Below, in pieces: positions 63,616-64,000 of a stretch of DNA of 64,000 bases. The notes beneath the pieces are model-generated. The model was given only the letters and a program-made list of their open reading frames with translations, searched no databases and was not told the origin of the DNA. Both the position numbers and the translations under genes were made by a program. The stretch's first letter is position 1. Every line of letters starts with the position of its first letter. Source of the stretch: Callorhinchus milii (Eukaryota); NCBI RefSeq assembly GCF_018977255.1, contig NW_024704752.1:15934001-15998000 (forward strand), given 5' to 3'.

Positions 63616-63992
63616 AGAGCTACCATGGTGACTCAGTGGGTGAATCCACTGCTCATTGCAACACTAGGCTGTACAAAGGTGCTGAGTGAGTTGATCTCAA
63701 CCTGGCTGGGTAGCGTTTGGGATACTACAAATGGCCTCAGTATTCTTGGTTTAAGGAGGAAAAATGAGCCTGCTTCAGATTGCTATCCAGGAATCTCTCC
63801 TGGAAGGTGCGAGCTTGTGGATACTGGTTGAGGACAGATTCAAAGTTAGCCATGATGTACTTCCTACAATCAAATCACCAAATTGCCTGCCACCACTCAA
63901 TCCAAATAATGGTTACTTAGGCAAAATGCCAGAGGATACCAGCGCAAGCGGAATCAAACTGAAGAAGGAAAAGTGATGTTTTCAGGAGAGAC
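63616..63992 (+). mobile_element. Near full-length LF-SINE-like element
   Basis: Head gagctaccatggtgactcagtgggtgaatccactg, core gtgctgagtgagttgatctca...ctacaaatggcctcagt...aggaggaaaaatgagcc...gctatccag...gtggatactggttgaggacag...aaattgcctgcc...aatggttacttaggc, 3' ttcaggagag; collinear with the recalled LF-SINE consensus. Confidence 0.75.
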
Positions 63993-64000
63993 AATCAAAA

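Noticed and set aside
1-64000. The many 60-115 aa ORFs in the six-frame track as genes
   Set aside because: Lengths match random expectation, no recognisable domains, no consistent exon chain, and many overlap SINEs. Only the L2 and CR1 remnants are protein-derived.

Overview
AT-rich, CpG-depleted vertebrate genomic DNA with no recognisable protein-coding gene. It looks like a gene desert or a very long intron. The repeat content points to a cartilaginous fish, most plausibly a holocephalan such as Callorhinchus (inference from recalled consensus sequences, no database run). Repeats seen: a young tRNA-headed Deu-domain SINE with an L2-type (ATT)n tail (3 near-full copies, many 3' tails), older SacSINE1-like DeuSINEs, about a dozen LF-SINE-like copies, L2 and CR1 LINE 3' ends, and Penelope-type terminal repeats carrying degenerate minimal hammerhead ribozymes. 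Between repeats lie unique, TAAT/POU/SOX-motif-rich blocks that look like conserved non-coding elements, and a probable MER121-like ancient repeat. Nearly all listed ORFs are spurious; only two match LINE ORF2 C-termini. I found no convincing new protein-based system. The best leads are the reconstructable hammerhead element, a GC-rich orphan hairpin, opposite strand biases of LF-SINE versus L2/SINE tails, and nested insertions into LF-SINEs. Repeat boundaries are approximate.
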